Assembly (NCBI GenBank): GCA_047602405.1
Contig: JASGHJ010000002.1
Coordinates: forward strand, 1,152,001 to 1,216,000
DNA: 64,000 nt
Source: Anaeromyxobacteraceae bacterium
GTDB lineage: Bacteria > Myxococcota > Myxococcia > Myxococcales > Anaeromyxobacteraceae
Direction: 5' to 3'
Part shown: one piece after another, positions 18,591 through 27,118 of the stretch
Layout: each line of letters opens with the position of its first letter
Numbering within the stretch: position 1 is the first letter of the stretch
Notes under the pieces: generated by a model
The model's database searches: none
Told to the model about the DNA's origin: nothing
Seen by the model: only the letters and a program-made list of their open reading frames with translations
Program-made: the position numbers and the translations under genes

Positions 18591-18997
18591 AGGATCGCGG
18601 TCGCCTCGATCTCGACGAGGACGTCCGGTGACATCCCCATGCCCGCCACGCGCAGCACGGTGATGGTGGGCGGGTTCTCTCGCGGTCCCCAGCGGCGCAT
18701 CCAGGCCTCGAGGCCGGGGCGCAGGTCGAGGTCGCCCTTCACGTAGATGCCGAGGCGGACGAGGTCCTCGATGCGTCCCCCCGCGGCCTCGAGCACCCCG
18801 AGCACGTTGTCGACCGCCCTGGCCGTCTGCTCGGCGAGGTCGGTGCCGACCACCTTCCCGTGCTCGTCGACACCGTCCTGTCCCCCGATGAGGAGGGTGC
18901 GGGCGCCTGCCGGCAAGACGATCCCCTGCGAGAAGGCTGGACTCCTGAGCATCCCGTCCGGGTTGAGGTACCGGGGCTTCGCGTCGCGATCGGTCAT
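18572..18997 (-). CDS. RidA/YjgF family protein
   Basis: PAFSQG, IGGQ, EQTARAVDN, PPTIT, LVEIEATA. Confidence 0.88.
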   Translation of the reverse strand: MTDRDAKPRYLNPDGMLRSPAFSQGIVLPAGARTLLIGGQDGVDEHGKVVGTDLAEQTARAVDNVLGVLEAAGGRIEDLVRLGIYVKGDLDLRPGLEAWMRRWGPRENPPTITVLRVAGMGMSPDVLVEIEATAILPDRPR

Positions 18998-19045
18998 CCG
19001 GGAAGGATGCGTCGTGCGAGCGCCGGGCGCCCCTGCCGGTGGGGA

Positions 19046-19405
19046 CTATGCGCGCAGGACGCTCTCGAGCTTCTTCCCCTTCGCGAGCTCGTCCACGAGC
19101 TTGTCGAGCCAGCGGATCTTCTGCATCAGCGGGTCCTCGACGTCCTCCACCCGCACCCCGCACACCACGCCCGTGATGAGCTTCGCCTTCGGGTTCAGCC
19201 TCGGCGCCTTCGCGAAAAAGGTCTCGAGGTCGGCGCCCGACGCGACGACCCGCTGGAGCGCCTTGCCCTCGTAGCCGGTGAGCCAGGCGATGACCGCGTC
19301 GAGCTCGGCCTTCGTGCGGCCCTTCTTCTCGACCTTCGCGACGTAGAGCGGGTAGACGCTGCCGAAGGACATCGCGAAGACGCGGGGTCTCGTGGGCGTG
19401 GGCAT
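19046..19405 (-). CDS. DUF2200 family protein
   Basis: SVYPLYVAKVEKKGRT, WLTGY, ITGVVCGVRVE, LDKLVDELAKGK. Confidence 0.9.
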   Translation of the reverse strand: MPTPTRPRVFAMSFGSVYPLYVAKVEKKGRTKAELDAVIAWLTGYEGKALQRVVASGADLETFFAKAPRLNPKAKLITGVVCGVRVEDVEDPLMQKIRWLDKLVDELAKGKKLESVLRA

Positions 19406-19504
19406 TCGAGGCGTGAGGATGACATGCCGGCGGCCGGGTTCGCACGCCGCTTTAGGGGATCGCCGGACTACCTCCCCCCGACCCCTGGACCGATACTCGC
19501 GGCC

Positions 19505-20359
19505 GTGCTGCTGACCCGGTTCCAGAGCCGCTTCCTCGACCCCGCGGTGGAGCGGCGGTTCCGGGAGGAGGCGCACGCGGAGGAGACCCGCCTCCTCGCC
19601 GCCGTCCAGGGGACCTGGTTCCTCGTGCTCGTGCTGTACGCACGGAACGACTTCCTGCTCTTCGAGGGGGCGCAGCTCCACGCGCTCCTCGCGGTCCGCG
19701 CCGTGATGCTCGCGGCGCTCGTCGCGCCGGTCGTCGTCGGGCGCCTGGACCGAGGGCCCGTCCGCCGGGACGCGAGCGCGTTCCTCTCCGTGGTGGTGGT
19801 CGTGCTGGGCGGGCTCTACGTGACCTCGACCCGCCCCGGCACGATCTCGCCCGCCTTCGCGACGAACGTGGTGGGGATCCTCTCGTCCTGGGTGCTCCTC
19901 CCGCTGCCCTGGCGCCTGCAGGCCCTCTCCGGGCTCGTCGTGACCGCCGGCGCGCTCGCCACGGTGCTCCTCCGCCCGCACGCCTGGACCGCCGTGGAGG
20001 TCTCGCGCCTCGTCATCGAGTTCATCCTCGCGAACGCGATGGGCGCGTGGACCTCGCTCCTCTTCCACCGCACCCGCCGCCAGCGCTGGGACGAGCTCCT
20101 GCAGCGCCGCGAGGCGGAGCTCGCCCTGCGCGAGGTGAACGGCGCGAACGAGAAGCTCGTCGGTGAGCTCCGCGGGGCCCTCGAGCAGGTGAAGACGCTC
20201 AAGGGCCTCCTGCCGATCTGCATGCACTGCCACAAGATCCGGAACGACACGGGCTACTGGAGCCGGCTCGAGCAGTACATCGAGGAGCGGACGGACGCGG
20301 CCTTCAGCCACGCGCTGTGCCCGGACTGCTACCGGCAGCACTACGACGCGGGGCGGTGA
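19505..20359 (+). CDS. Multi-TM sensor-like protein with C-terminal CxxC...FSHxxCPxC Zn-ribbon
   Basis: About 6 TM segments, a coiled coil, then VKTLKGLLPICMHCHKIRNDTGYW...FSHALCPDC; GTG start inferred. Confidence 0.8.
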   Translation: MLLTRFQSRFLDPAVERRFREEAHAEETRLLAAVQGTWFLVLVLYARNDFLLFEGAQLHALLAVRAVMLAALVAPVVVGRLDRGPVRRDASAFLSVVVVVLGGLYVTSTRPGTISPAFATNVVGILSSWVLLPLPWRLQALSGLVVTAGALATVLLRPHAWTAVEVSRLVIEFILANAMGAWTSLLFHRTRRQRWDELLQRREAELALREVNGANEKLVGELRGALEQVKTLKGLLPICMHCHKIRNDTGYWSRLEQYIEERTDAAFSHALCPDCYRQHYDAGR

Positions 20360-20383
20360 GCCGGCGGCGGAGCGGGCCCTTCG

Positions 20384-20890
20384 TCAGGCCACCCCGTCCG
20401 CCCGCAGGGCGGCGAGGAGCGCGTCGAGCTGCGCGTGGACCTCCTTCGCAGCCTCGTGGGCCCCGTCGGCCTCGAGCGCCTCCTTCGAAGGATAGAGCTC
20501 GCTCACGACCACCGTCGTCATCCCGTCCTTCTCCTCGAAGGTGACCGTGGTGGTCGACGCGTCCGCGCCCGACTCCTCGTTGGTCCAGACGAGGCGCCGG
20601 TTCGGGACCACCTCGACGTACCGGCCGAAGAAGTCCATCGGCGGGTGCGGCTCCATCTTGAACGTGAGCTTGTAGGTGCCCCCCGTGCGGACGTCCATCT
20701 CGCAGGACACGAGCGACATGGGGATCGACCTCGGCACCCACCAGCGCTTCATCAGCTCGGGCTTCGTCCATGCGTCGAACACGAGGCGCGCGGGTGCGTC
20801 GAACGTGCGCGTCACGACGCGCTCGCGTTCGGACTTCCGCTCCACCGTGGTCTGGTGCTTCGGCGATTCACTTGCCCTTGTCGCGCCCAT
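20384..20890 (-). CDS. SRPBCC/AHSA1-domain protein
   Basis: TRTFDAPARLVFDAWTKPELMKRWW, CEMDVRTGG. Confidence 0.9.
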   Translation of the reverse strand: MGATRASESPKHQTTVERKSERERVVTRTFDAPARLVFDAWTKPELMKRWWVPRSIPMSLVSCEMDVRTGGTYKLTFKMEPHPPMDFFGRYVEVVPNRRLVWTNEESGADASTTTVTFEEKDGMTTVVVSELYPSKEALEADGAHEAAKEVHAQLDALLAALRADGVA

Positions 20891-21230
20891 GGCTCTTTTC
20901 CTTTCGCTTGAGTTCCTCGACGACGTCTTCCAGCCGATCGAAACGTGCGGCCCACAGGCGGCGGTAGTTCTCGAGCCACCTTGCTTCCTCTTCGAAGGTG
21001 CGTGCGCCGAGCCGGCAGGTGCGCACGCGCCCGACCTTCTCCGTCGTGACGAGCCCGACCTCCTCCAGGATGCTCACGTGCTTCTTCATGCCCGTGAGCG
21101 TCATGCGGAACTTCTCGGCGAAATCCGTGATCGACGCGTCGGCCCGCGTGAGCTCCTCGAGGACGCCGCGCCGGGTCGCGTCCGAGAGCGCGCCGAACGA
21201 CGCGTCGAGGGTGGAGTGATACTGAACCAT
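20868..21230 (-). CDS. ArsR family transcriptional regulator
   Basis: LDASFGALSDATRRGVL, KHVSILEEVGLV, KVGRVRTC. Confidence 0.9.
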   Translation of the reverse strand: MVQYHSTLDASFGALSDATRRGVLEELTRADASITDFAEKFRMTLTGMKKHVSILEEVGLVTTEKVGRVRTCRLGARTFEEEARWLENYRRLWAARFDRLEDVVEELKRKEKSHGRDKGK

Positions 21231-21242
21231 GTGGTTCACTAT
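21219..21242. promoter_or_regulatory. Probable ArsR autoregulatory operator overlapping the start codon
   Basis: ATACTGAACCA-TG-TGGTTCACTAT inverted repeat (10 of 11 bp match) spanning the ATG. Confidence 0.7.
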
Positions 21243-21410
21243 AGAGCGAGCGCCGGGGTGATGCAAGGGGAGGGGCCTCCCGGTTGGAGGGGGGAGACGG
21301 CGGCAGGGCGGGCGATCGTGCTCCTGCGCGCGGACCCGCTCGTGAAGCGGGCGCGGTGGCCGGGCCAGGTGATCCAGAGGAAGAGGTACCAGCTGCCACC
21401 GGCGGGTCTG

Positions 21411-21488
21411 TATCAGTCGCCGCGCTCACGGGCTGCACAACCCCGTAAACTCCACACCCGTGGTGTCCACGAGACCGGAGCAAGCCCA
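21411..21488. mobile_element. Possible IS3-family terminal inverted-repeat remnant
   Basis: Reverse complement of 21463-21488 is TGGGCTTGCTCCGGTCTCGTGGACAC, resembling IS3-family ends (TG...GTGGACA); upstream YQSP recalls the OrfB C-terminal GYxSP motif; no transposase present. Confidence 0.45.
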
Positions 21489-21522
21489 GGGTTCCACCCC
21501 GCCTTCCCGTACGGAGTGACGG

Positions 21523-21942
21523 ATGACCACCATGGAGCCCTCATCCCGGTTCGCCTCGATCGTCGGCGGGTTGCTCCTCGGAGGCTTCGGCGGGCTCTTC
21601 ACCCTGTTCGGGCTCGCCTTGCTGTTCGCCGGGTGGTCCGACAAGTTCCAGCCGGTCGTCGCGATCGTGCTCGGACTCGGGCCCGGACTCGTCATGCTGG
21701 AGACGGGCGTTCGAGTCCTCCTCGGCCGCCCACGCGCTGATGGCGCCTACGTGCATCCGGCCGTCCGCGTGACGATCGGGCTCCTGTTCCTCTTGATCGC
21801 GATCTTCGGAGCCGTGGATGGATTCACGCGGGGAGCGCTGACGTTCAGGACCGCGTTGCGGATCGTCGGCTACGTCGCGACGGGCGTGATGATCGTTCGC
21901 GGCCGCCTCTTCGGGCGTGAACCGTCCGCTCGCAACTCGTAG
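21523..21942 (+). CDS. Hypothetical 4-TM membrane protein
   Basis: Four hydrophobic segments; more A/T-ending codons than neighbours; start at 21523 or 21532. Confidence 0.65.
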   Translation: MTTMEPSSRFASIVGGLLLGGFGGLFTLFGLALLFAGWSDKFQPVVAIVLGLGPGLVMLETGVRVLLGRPRADGAYVHPAVRVTIGLLFLLIAIFGAVDGFTRGALTFRTALRIVGYVATGVMIVRGRLFGREPSARNS

Positions 21943-22051
21943 AAGTGCGGGCTCTCCGGGAGGGAGGAGCACGCCGACGGAGGGCTTCTGGCCCCGTCCC
22001 TCTACTCGGGCCGGCGAATGGCTGGGGAACGGGGAGGGGCGGACCGAGGGC

Positions 22052-22090
22052 AAAAAGAGAGGGGTTCCGCTAGGTCACGGAACCCCTCTC
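22052..22090 (-). terminator. Intrinsic terminator of tRNA-Asn
   Basis: 13-bp stem GAGAGGGGTTCCG/CGGAACCCCTCTC followed by T5 on the minus strand. Confidence 0.85.
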
Positions 22091-22096
22091 AGGAAC

Positions 22097-22172
22097 TGGC
22101 TCCCCAGGCATGACTCGAACATGCGACCCGGTGATTAACAGTCACCTGCTCTGCCAACTGAGCTACTGGGGA
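22097..22172 (-). tRNA. tRNA-Asn(GTT)
   Basis: 76-nt cloverleaf: TCCCCAG/CTGGGGA acceptor stem, GGTGA-CTGTTAA-TCACC anticodon arm, TTCGA T-loop, encoded CCA. Confidence 0.97.
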
Positions 22173-22271
22173 ATGGCAGGGCGGCGAATCTAGAGGAGGG
22201 TCCCTGTACCGTCAAGGGGGTTCCCGCGAAGGCGGGCGGTGCGGCGGTGCCGCCGTATACTCCGGGTACCG

Positions 22272-23096
22272 ATGGCAGAAGACTCCAACGCCCGCGCCCG
22301 TTTCGCGGCGCTCCTCGACCGCGACCCCGTCCCGCTGGACGAGGCGGCGCTCGCCATCGCGGCGGAGGACGACCCGGCGCTCGAGCCGGAGGTCTACCTC
22401 ACCCGGCTCGACAGCCTCGCCGAGCGCGTGCGCGAGCGCGCACCCTCCGGCGCGGCCTCGACCCTGCGCGTCCTCCGGGAGGTGCTGCACGCGGAGGAGG
22501 GCTTCCGCGGGAACGACGTCGACTACTACGACCCCCGGAACTCCTTCCTGAACCAGGTGCTCGACCGCCGCCTCGGCATCCCCATCTCGCTCTCGGTCGT
22601 CTGGATCGAGGTCGCCCGGCGGGCGGGGCTGCGCCTGCAGGGGGTCGGTTTCCCCGGTCACTTCCTCGTGAAGTACGCGTCGAAGGGCGGCCCGGAGGTC
22701 TTCGTCGATGCCTACCACGGCGGCGAGATGCTCTCGGCCGACGAGTGCGCGGCCCGGCACCACGCCCGCTCGGGCCAGGATCTCGACCGGCGGCACCTCG
22801 AGGGCGTCACGCCCCGGCAGATCCTCTCCCGGATGCTGCACAACCTCAGGCGCATCTACACCGAGCGGAAGGAGCCCGTGGGCGTCTGGTGGGTGGCCGA
22901 CCGGCTCCTCATGCTCGCGCCGGGGCAGCTCGAGGCGCTCCGGGACCGCGGGCTCGCCGCGGCGAAGCTCGGCGGCGTCGAGGCGGCCACCGCCGACCTC
23001 GAGGAGTACCTCGGGAAGGCGCCGCGGTCGCCGGAGGCCGCCGAGGTGCGGGCGATGCTGCTGCGCCTGCGGTCGAACCGGCCGCTCGCGAACTGA
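22272..23096 (+). CDS. SirB1/YchA family transglutaminase-like TPR protein
   Basis: GFRGNDVDYYDPRNSFLNQVLDRRLGIPISL, GVGFPGHFL, RMLHNL, RDRG. Confidence 0.92.
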   Translation: MAEDSNARARFAALLDRDPVPLDEAALAIAAEDDPALEPEVYLTRLDSLAERVRERAPSGAASTLRVLREVLHAEEGFRGNDVDYYDPRNSFLNQVLDRRLGIPISLSVVWIEVARRAGLRLQGVGFPGHFLVKYASKGGPEVFVDAYHGGEMLSADECAARHHARSGQDLDRRHLEGVTPRQILSRMLHNLRRIYTERKEPVGVWWVADRLLMLAPGQLEALRDRGLAAAKLGGVEAATADLEEYLGKAPRSPEAAEVRAMLLRLRSNRPLAN

Positions 23097-23098
23097 GC

Positions 23099-23262
23099 TT
23101 CACGGGGTGCTCGGCGCACCCCGCCCCACGGAGCGGAGCTCCGCGGGGCCCCACCCCGGCAGCGGGTTCACGGGGTGCTCGGCGCACCCCGCCCCACGGA
23201 GCGGAGCTCCGCGGGGCCCCACCCCGGCAGCGGGTTCACGGGGTGTTCGGCGCCCCCGCCCC
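23099..23262. repeat. 68-bp tandem REP-like palindromic repeat (2 identical units plus a partial)
   Basis: Units start at 23099, 23167 and 23235; each has hairpins CGGGGTGC/GCACCCCG and CCCCACGGAGC/GCTCCGCGGGG; lies between convergent genes. Confidence 0.9.
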
Positions 23263-23270
23263 CAGCGTCC

Positions 23271-23552
23271 TCATCCGCCGCGCGCGAGCCGGTCGCGGAG
23301 CGCCCGGGCCCGACGGCGCCAGCCCTCGTCGAGCTCCCGCCAGTCGATGCCCTCGACGGCGGCGATCACCCCGTAGAAGGCGTTCACGTTCAGCCGGAGC
23401 GGGTAGGCCTCCGCCCAGCGGATGCACGCCTCCTCCCAGCCGAGCTCCCGCAGGTCCTCGACCGTCTCGAGCCCGATCGAGGCGAGCTCGGGCGCACAGG
23501 TCGGGCCAAGGAGCGGGCGGGCCTTCCCGGGCGGGCGGGCAGGAGGGGGCAT
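23271..23552 (-). CDS. TfoX/Sxy C-terminal domain protein
   Basis: LGP...LASIGLETVEDLRELG...YGVIAAVEGIDW..L. Confidence 0.75.
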   Translation of the reverse strand: MPPPARPPGKARPLLGPTCAPELASIGLETVEDLRELGWEEACIRWAEAYPLRLNVNAFYGVIAAVEGIDWRELDEGWRRRARALRDRLARGG

Positions 23553-23603
23553 GGGGCAGTCGTAGTGCGCGGTGAGCGCTGGCGCCACGGGGTGAGCTGC
23601 CCA

Positions 23604-23677
23604 GCGCAGACGTCTGCGCGGCGGGGCGTTCTACGGTCGGGGGCTGCCGTCAGGGCCTCCGGCGCAGACGTCTGCGC
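23604..23677. repeat. Two copies of the perfect 16-bp palindrome GCGCAGACGTCTGCGC
   Basis: Copies at 23604-23619 and 23662-23677; near-identical third copy at 25301-25316. Confidence 0.85.
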
Positions 23678-23893
23678 ACGTCGCCACGGGGTTCGACGAG
23701 CTTTGAGCACCGCGGAGCCCCGGCCACCATTTCGAGGCCGGCCGTCGGGCCCTGGGGTCGGCTCTCGGGCCCCGGAGGTCCGCCGTTCGTCCGGTAGGTC
23801 CGCGGATCGGACGGGGCCGACCATCGGATCAGCCCTGAGCCCCAGCTGGATCGTGCGATCTCACTGTCAGACCGGGGTGGCAGGATCGCGGGC

Positions 23894-25870
23894 ATGGACG
23901 CGTGCACGGCCAGCGAGCTCGTCGCGGCGGCGCTCCCGGAATTCACTCCGGGTGCCGAGCCGACGGATGCGGCCGCGAGCGGCAGGGCCGCGGACGAGGT
24001 CCCCAGGAGCGAGGCCGCCGGGAACGAACCCGCCGCGAACGACGCCGCCGCGAACGAGGCCGCCCGCGGGGATCCGCTCCGCGAGCGCTGGGACCTGCAC
24101 GCGCCGCGCTGGGAGTACCCGTCTTTCACGATGCTCGAGCTTCGAGAGCTGGTCCTCCGCGGCGAGGGCGGCCCGGAGAAGTTCGAGCGCGCGCTCGCGC
24201 AGGCCGCCTGCATGCGCAGCGCGCTCGAGCTCAGCCTCGGCGCGATCTTCGCCACATTCACGGAGGGTGACCGCCTCGCCCGGCAGGGGTTCTCCAACCT
24301 CGGTGACCTCACCGAGAACCTCTTCGGCGTCCGCCGGCGTGCGGCGCAGGTGGCGGCGCAGCTCGCGAAGGCGCTTCGGGAGCGGCCTCTGCTGAGGGCC
24401 GCGGCGTACGAGGGGCTCGTGACCCCGTCGGCGGCGCTCGCGGTCCTGCCGGTCGCGGTCGGCGACGACGAGGAGCGCTGGGTGGAGGAGGCGAAGGTCC
24501 AGCCGGTCCGGAAGCTGAAGCAGCTCGTGAAGGAGGCCCTGAAGGAGCGGAAGGCGCTGCCGGGGCCGGATGCGGCCGCAGAGCAGGCGGAGGCGGACGA
24601 GGAGCCGTGGGTCCGGCTGCGCGTGCCGATCTCCGACGAGGACCACGCGGATCTCCGCAGCGCCATGGCCCTCGCCGGCGAGCTCGTCGAGAGCTCGCAC
24701 CGGCACGTGCAGCTCGAGGCGCTCGCGCAGGAGTACCTGTCGGAGCACCCGGGAGACGAGTCGGTCGCCGCCGAGGCGGAGCGGGCGGTGGAGCGGCGGC
24801 TCCACCCGCTCGACGTCCAGACGAAGCGCGACGCCGCGGAGGCGAAGCTCGAGGACGAGACCTCCCACTGGGAGGTCCTCGACCCGGTCCACGCCGTCGC
24901 GGCCCTCGACGTGGATCCGAACGCCCTCGCCACGGACGACGAGCTCATGGCGACGGGCCTCGGCATCGCCTCCGAGCTCAAGGCCTGGGACGACTTCATG
25001 GGCTGGTGCTCGGCCGTCGTGAAGGGCACGCACACCCACCGCGAGGCGGGGTTCGTGGACTTCCGGCACTACGCGACCGAGCGCCTCGGCGTCCCGGCCC
25101 GCACCATCGAGACCCGCGCCGCGCTCGAGAAGCACCTCTGGGAGAAGCCGGAGCTCCGGGTGGCGAAGGAGATGGGGCTCACCTACTCGAAGCTCCTCCT
25201 CCTGAAGGAGGTCCCTCAGGTCGACCTCCTCAAGATGGCCCAGCGGGCGGAGAAGCTCACGGTCATCGAGCTCCGGGAGGCGATCCAGGCGAAGGCCGAC
25301 GCGCAGATGTCTGCGCTGAAGTTCTTCGAGGCCCGGGTGCCGCGGAGCGTCGCGGTGCTGCTCGAGCAGGCGTTCCAGGTGTCGCTGATGAGGCGGGTGC
25401 CGGAGGAGCGCCCCACAGAGGAATCAGCCCCCTGCGTGGATGGGTGCGAGCACGACGGAAAGCACGGGAAGGACAAGGGAACGCCGAAGCCGCCCGCCGA
25501 GCCGCCCGCCGAGCCGCGCCTCGACGGACCCTTCCTCGGCGAGCTCGCCCGCCACTTCATCCAGGCCTGGTGCAACGAGCGCACGAAGCCGAAGACCGTC
25601 TCCCAGAAGCAGCGGGCGAAGTACCGGCGCTGCCAGTTCCCGGGCTGCAGCCGCCGGAGCTGCCAGGGCCACCACATCGAGTTTCGCAGCCGCGGCGGCT
25701 CCGAGGACGACTGGAACCGGATGCCGCTCTGCGCCTACCACCACCTCGTCGTGGTCCACGAGGGCTTCGCCACCATCACGGGCATCTTCCCAGACGCCGT
25801 CGAGTTCCGCGTGAACGGCGTCGTCTGGAAGGACGGCCAGTTCGGGAGGAGGCGCAGCGAGCGGGTCTGA
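23894..25870 (+). CDS. DUF222-like repeat protein with C-terminal HNH endonuclease domain
   Basis: RCQFPGC...HHIEFRSRGGS...N...LCAYHH...H; two internal repeats (GFSNLGDLTENLFGV / GFVDFRHYATERLGV). Confidence 0.85.
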   Translation: MDACTASELVAAALPEFTPGAEPTDAAASGRAADEVPRSEAAGNEPAANDAAANEAARGDPLRERWDLHAPRWEYPSFTMLELRELVLRGEGGPEKFERALAQAACMRSALELSLGAIFATFTEGDRLARQGFSNLGDLTENLFGVRRRAAQVAAQLAKALRERPLLRAAAYEGLVTPSAALAVLPVAVGDDEERWVEEAKVQPVRKLKQLVKEALKERKALPGPDAAAEQAEADEEPWVRLRVPISDEDHADLRSAMALAGELVESSHRHVQLEALAQEYLSEHPGDESVAAEAERAVERRLHPLDVQTKRDAAEAKLEDETSHWEVLDPVHAVAALDVDPNALATDDELMATGLGIASELKAWDDFMGWCSAVVKGTHTHREAGFVDFRHYATERLGVPARTIETRAALEKHLWEKPELRVAKEMGLTYSKLLLLKEVPQVDLLKMAQRAEKLTVIELREAIQAKADAQMSALKFFEARVPRSVAVLLEQAFQVSLMRRVPEERPTEESAPCVDGCEHDGKHGKDKGTPKPPAEPPAEPRLDGPFLGELARHFIQAWCNERTKPKTVSQKQRAKYRRCQFPGCSRRSCQGHHIEFRSRGGSEDDWNRMPLCAYHHLVVVHEGFATITGIFPDAVEFRVNGVVWKDGQFGRRRSERV

Positions 25871-25949
25871 ACGTGGAGGCGATGGGGGGGCGAGCGAGGC
25901 CCGGCGGGCCCGTCGAGCCCGCACGGCGGGCGTCGGGCGTCGCGCGCGC

Positions 25950-26309
25950 CTACCCCTTCAAATCCTTCTCCCGCGCCGCCACCGCGGCCTGAGGCTCCTC
26001 GAGCTTCCTCATCCGGAGCCGCTCGACGGGCACGCCGTTCAGGAGGTGGCTCTCGACGATCTCCGGGACGTCCTCGAGCTTCACGCCGCCGTACCAGACG
26101 CCCTCGGGGTAGACGACGATCGAGGGGCCGAACGAGCACGCGTCGAGGCAGCCCGAGTTGTTGGCGCGCACGGCCTTCCGGAGGCCGCGCTTCGCGACCT
26201 CGGCCTTGAGCGCCTTCTGGATGTCCTGGCCGGCCTGGCCGCAGCAGCCCTTCGGGTCGTCGGGCGCGCGGACGTTGCCGCAGACGAAGACGTGGTGCTT
26301 GAAGCGCAT
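25950..26309 (-). CDS. Thioredoxin-like [2Fe-2S] ferredoxin
   Basis: HVFVCGN..KGCC, SGCLDACSFGP, VYPEGVWY. Confidence 0.92.
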   Translation of the reverse strand: MRFKHHVFVCGNVRAPDDPKGCCGQAGQDIQKALKAEVAKRGLRKAVRANNSGCLDACSFGPSIVVYPEGVWYGGVKLEDVPEIVESHLLNGVPVERLRMRKLEEPQAAVAAREKDLKG

Positions 26310-26319
26310 GGGGTCGGTC

Positions 26320-27118
26320 CTAGTGCCCGGGGTTCGGCTTCGCCACGATCTGTCCCCGCGGCACGACGAGCAGCGCGCCGCCGGAGACGCCGAGGTCCTC
26401 TCCCACGAGGTGCCCGGAGGCCTCGCTGGCGAGGTACAGCACCGCGTGCACCACGTCGTCCACCTCGGCGACGCGCTGGTTCGGGAGCGCGCCGGCGATG
26501 TCGGCGCCGATCTCCTTCAGCTCCGCCTCGGCCATCGGTGTGCGCACCCATCCCGGCGAGACCATGTTCACGCGCGTCCTCGGCGCGAGCTCCACGGCGA
26601 GGCTCATCGCGAGCGACTGCAGCGCGCCCTTCGTCGCCGCGTAGTGCCCGTGGGCGGCCTCGCCGCGCTGGCCGGCGGTCGAGCCGATGAAGATCACGCT
26701 GCCGCGCCGCTGCTGGCCCAGGAACGGGAAGAGCTCCCGCACCAGGTAGAACGCGCTGAACGTGTTGACCCTGAAGATCTCCTCGAGCTGCGCGGCCTGG
26801 ATCCTGTCCGCCGCGCCGGGGTTCCGAGATCGCCGCCGAGTGGACGAGGCCGTCGACGCCGCCCATCCGGCGCGCGGCCTCGCGGACGAGCGCCACGCAG
26901 CCCGACTCCTCGCCGAGCTCCGCGCCGATGGCGAACGCGCGCCCGGGGTACCGCCCGGCGAGCGCCTCGGCGGCGGCCCGGTTGGAGCGGTAGTGCACCG
27001 CCACCTGGCCGCCCTGCTCGAGGAGCGCCTCCGCCGTCGCGAGCCCGATGCCCGACGACGCGCCGGTCACGATCGTGCGCCGCCCCTCCAGATCCTCGTA
27101 CCGCGCGAGCACCTTCAC
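26320..27118 (-). CDS. SDR family oxidoreductase; +1 frameshift at ~26826
   Basis: TGASSGIG in one frame, YAATK and VNMVSPG in the next; deleting one base restores HSAAIWNPGAADRI. Confidence 0.88.

Noticed and set aside
22097..22172. Integrated prophage or ICE at tRNA-Asn
   Set aside because: No integrase and no duplicated tRNA 3' end found by eye; the native terminator directly follows the tRNA
23099..23262. Possible CRISPR array
   Set aside because: Units are contiguous and identical, with no unique spacers and no cas genes
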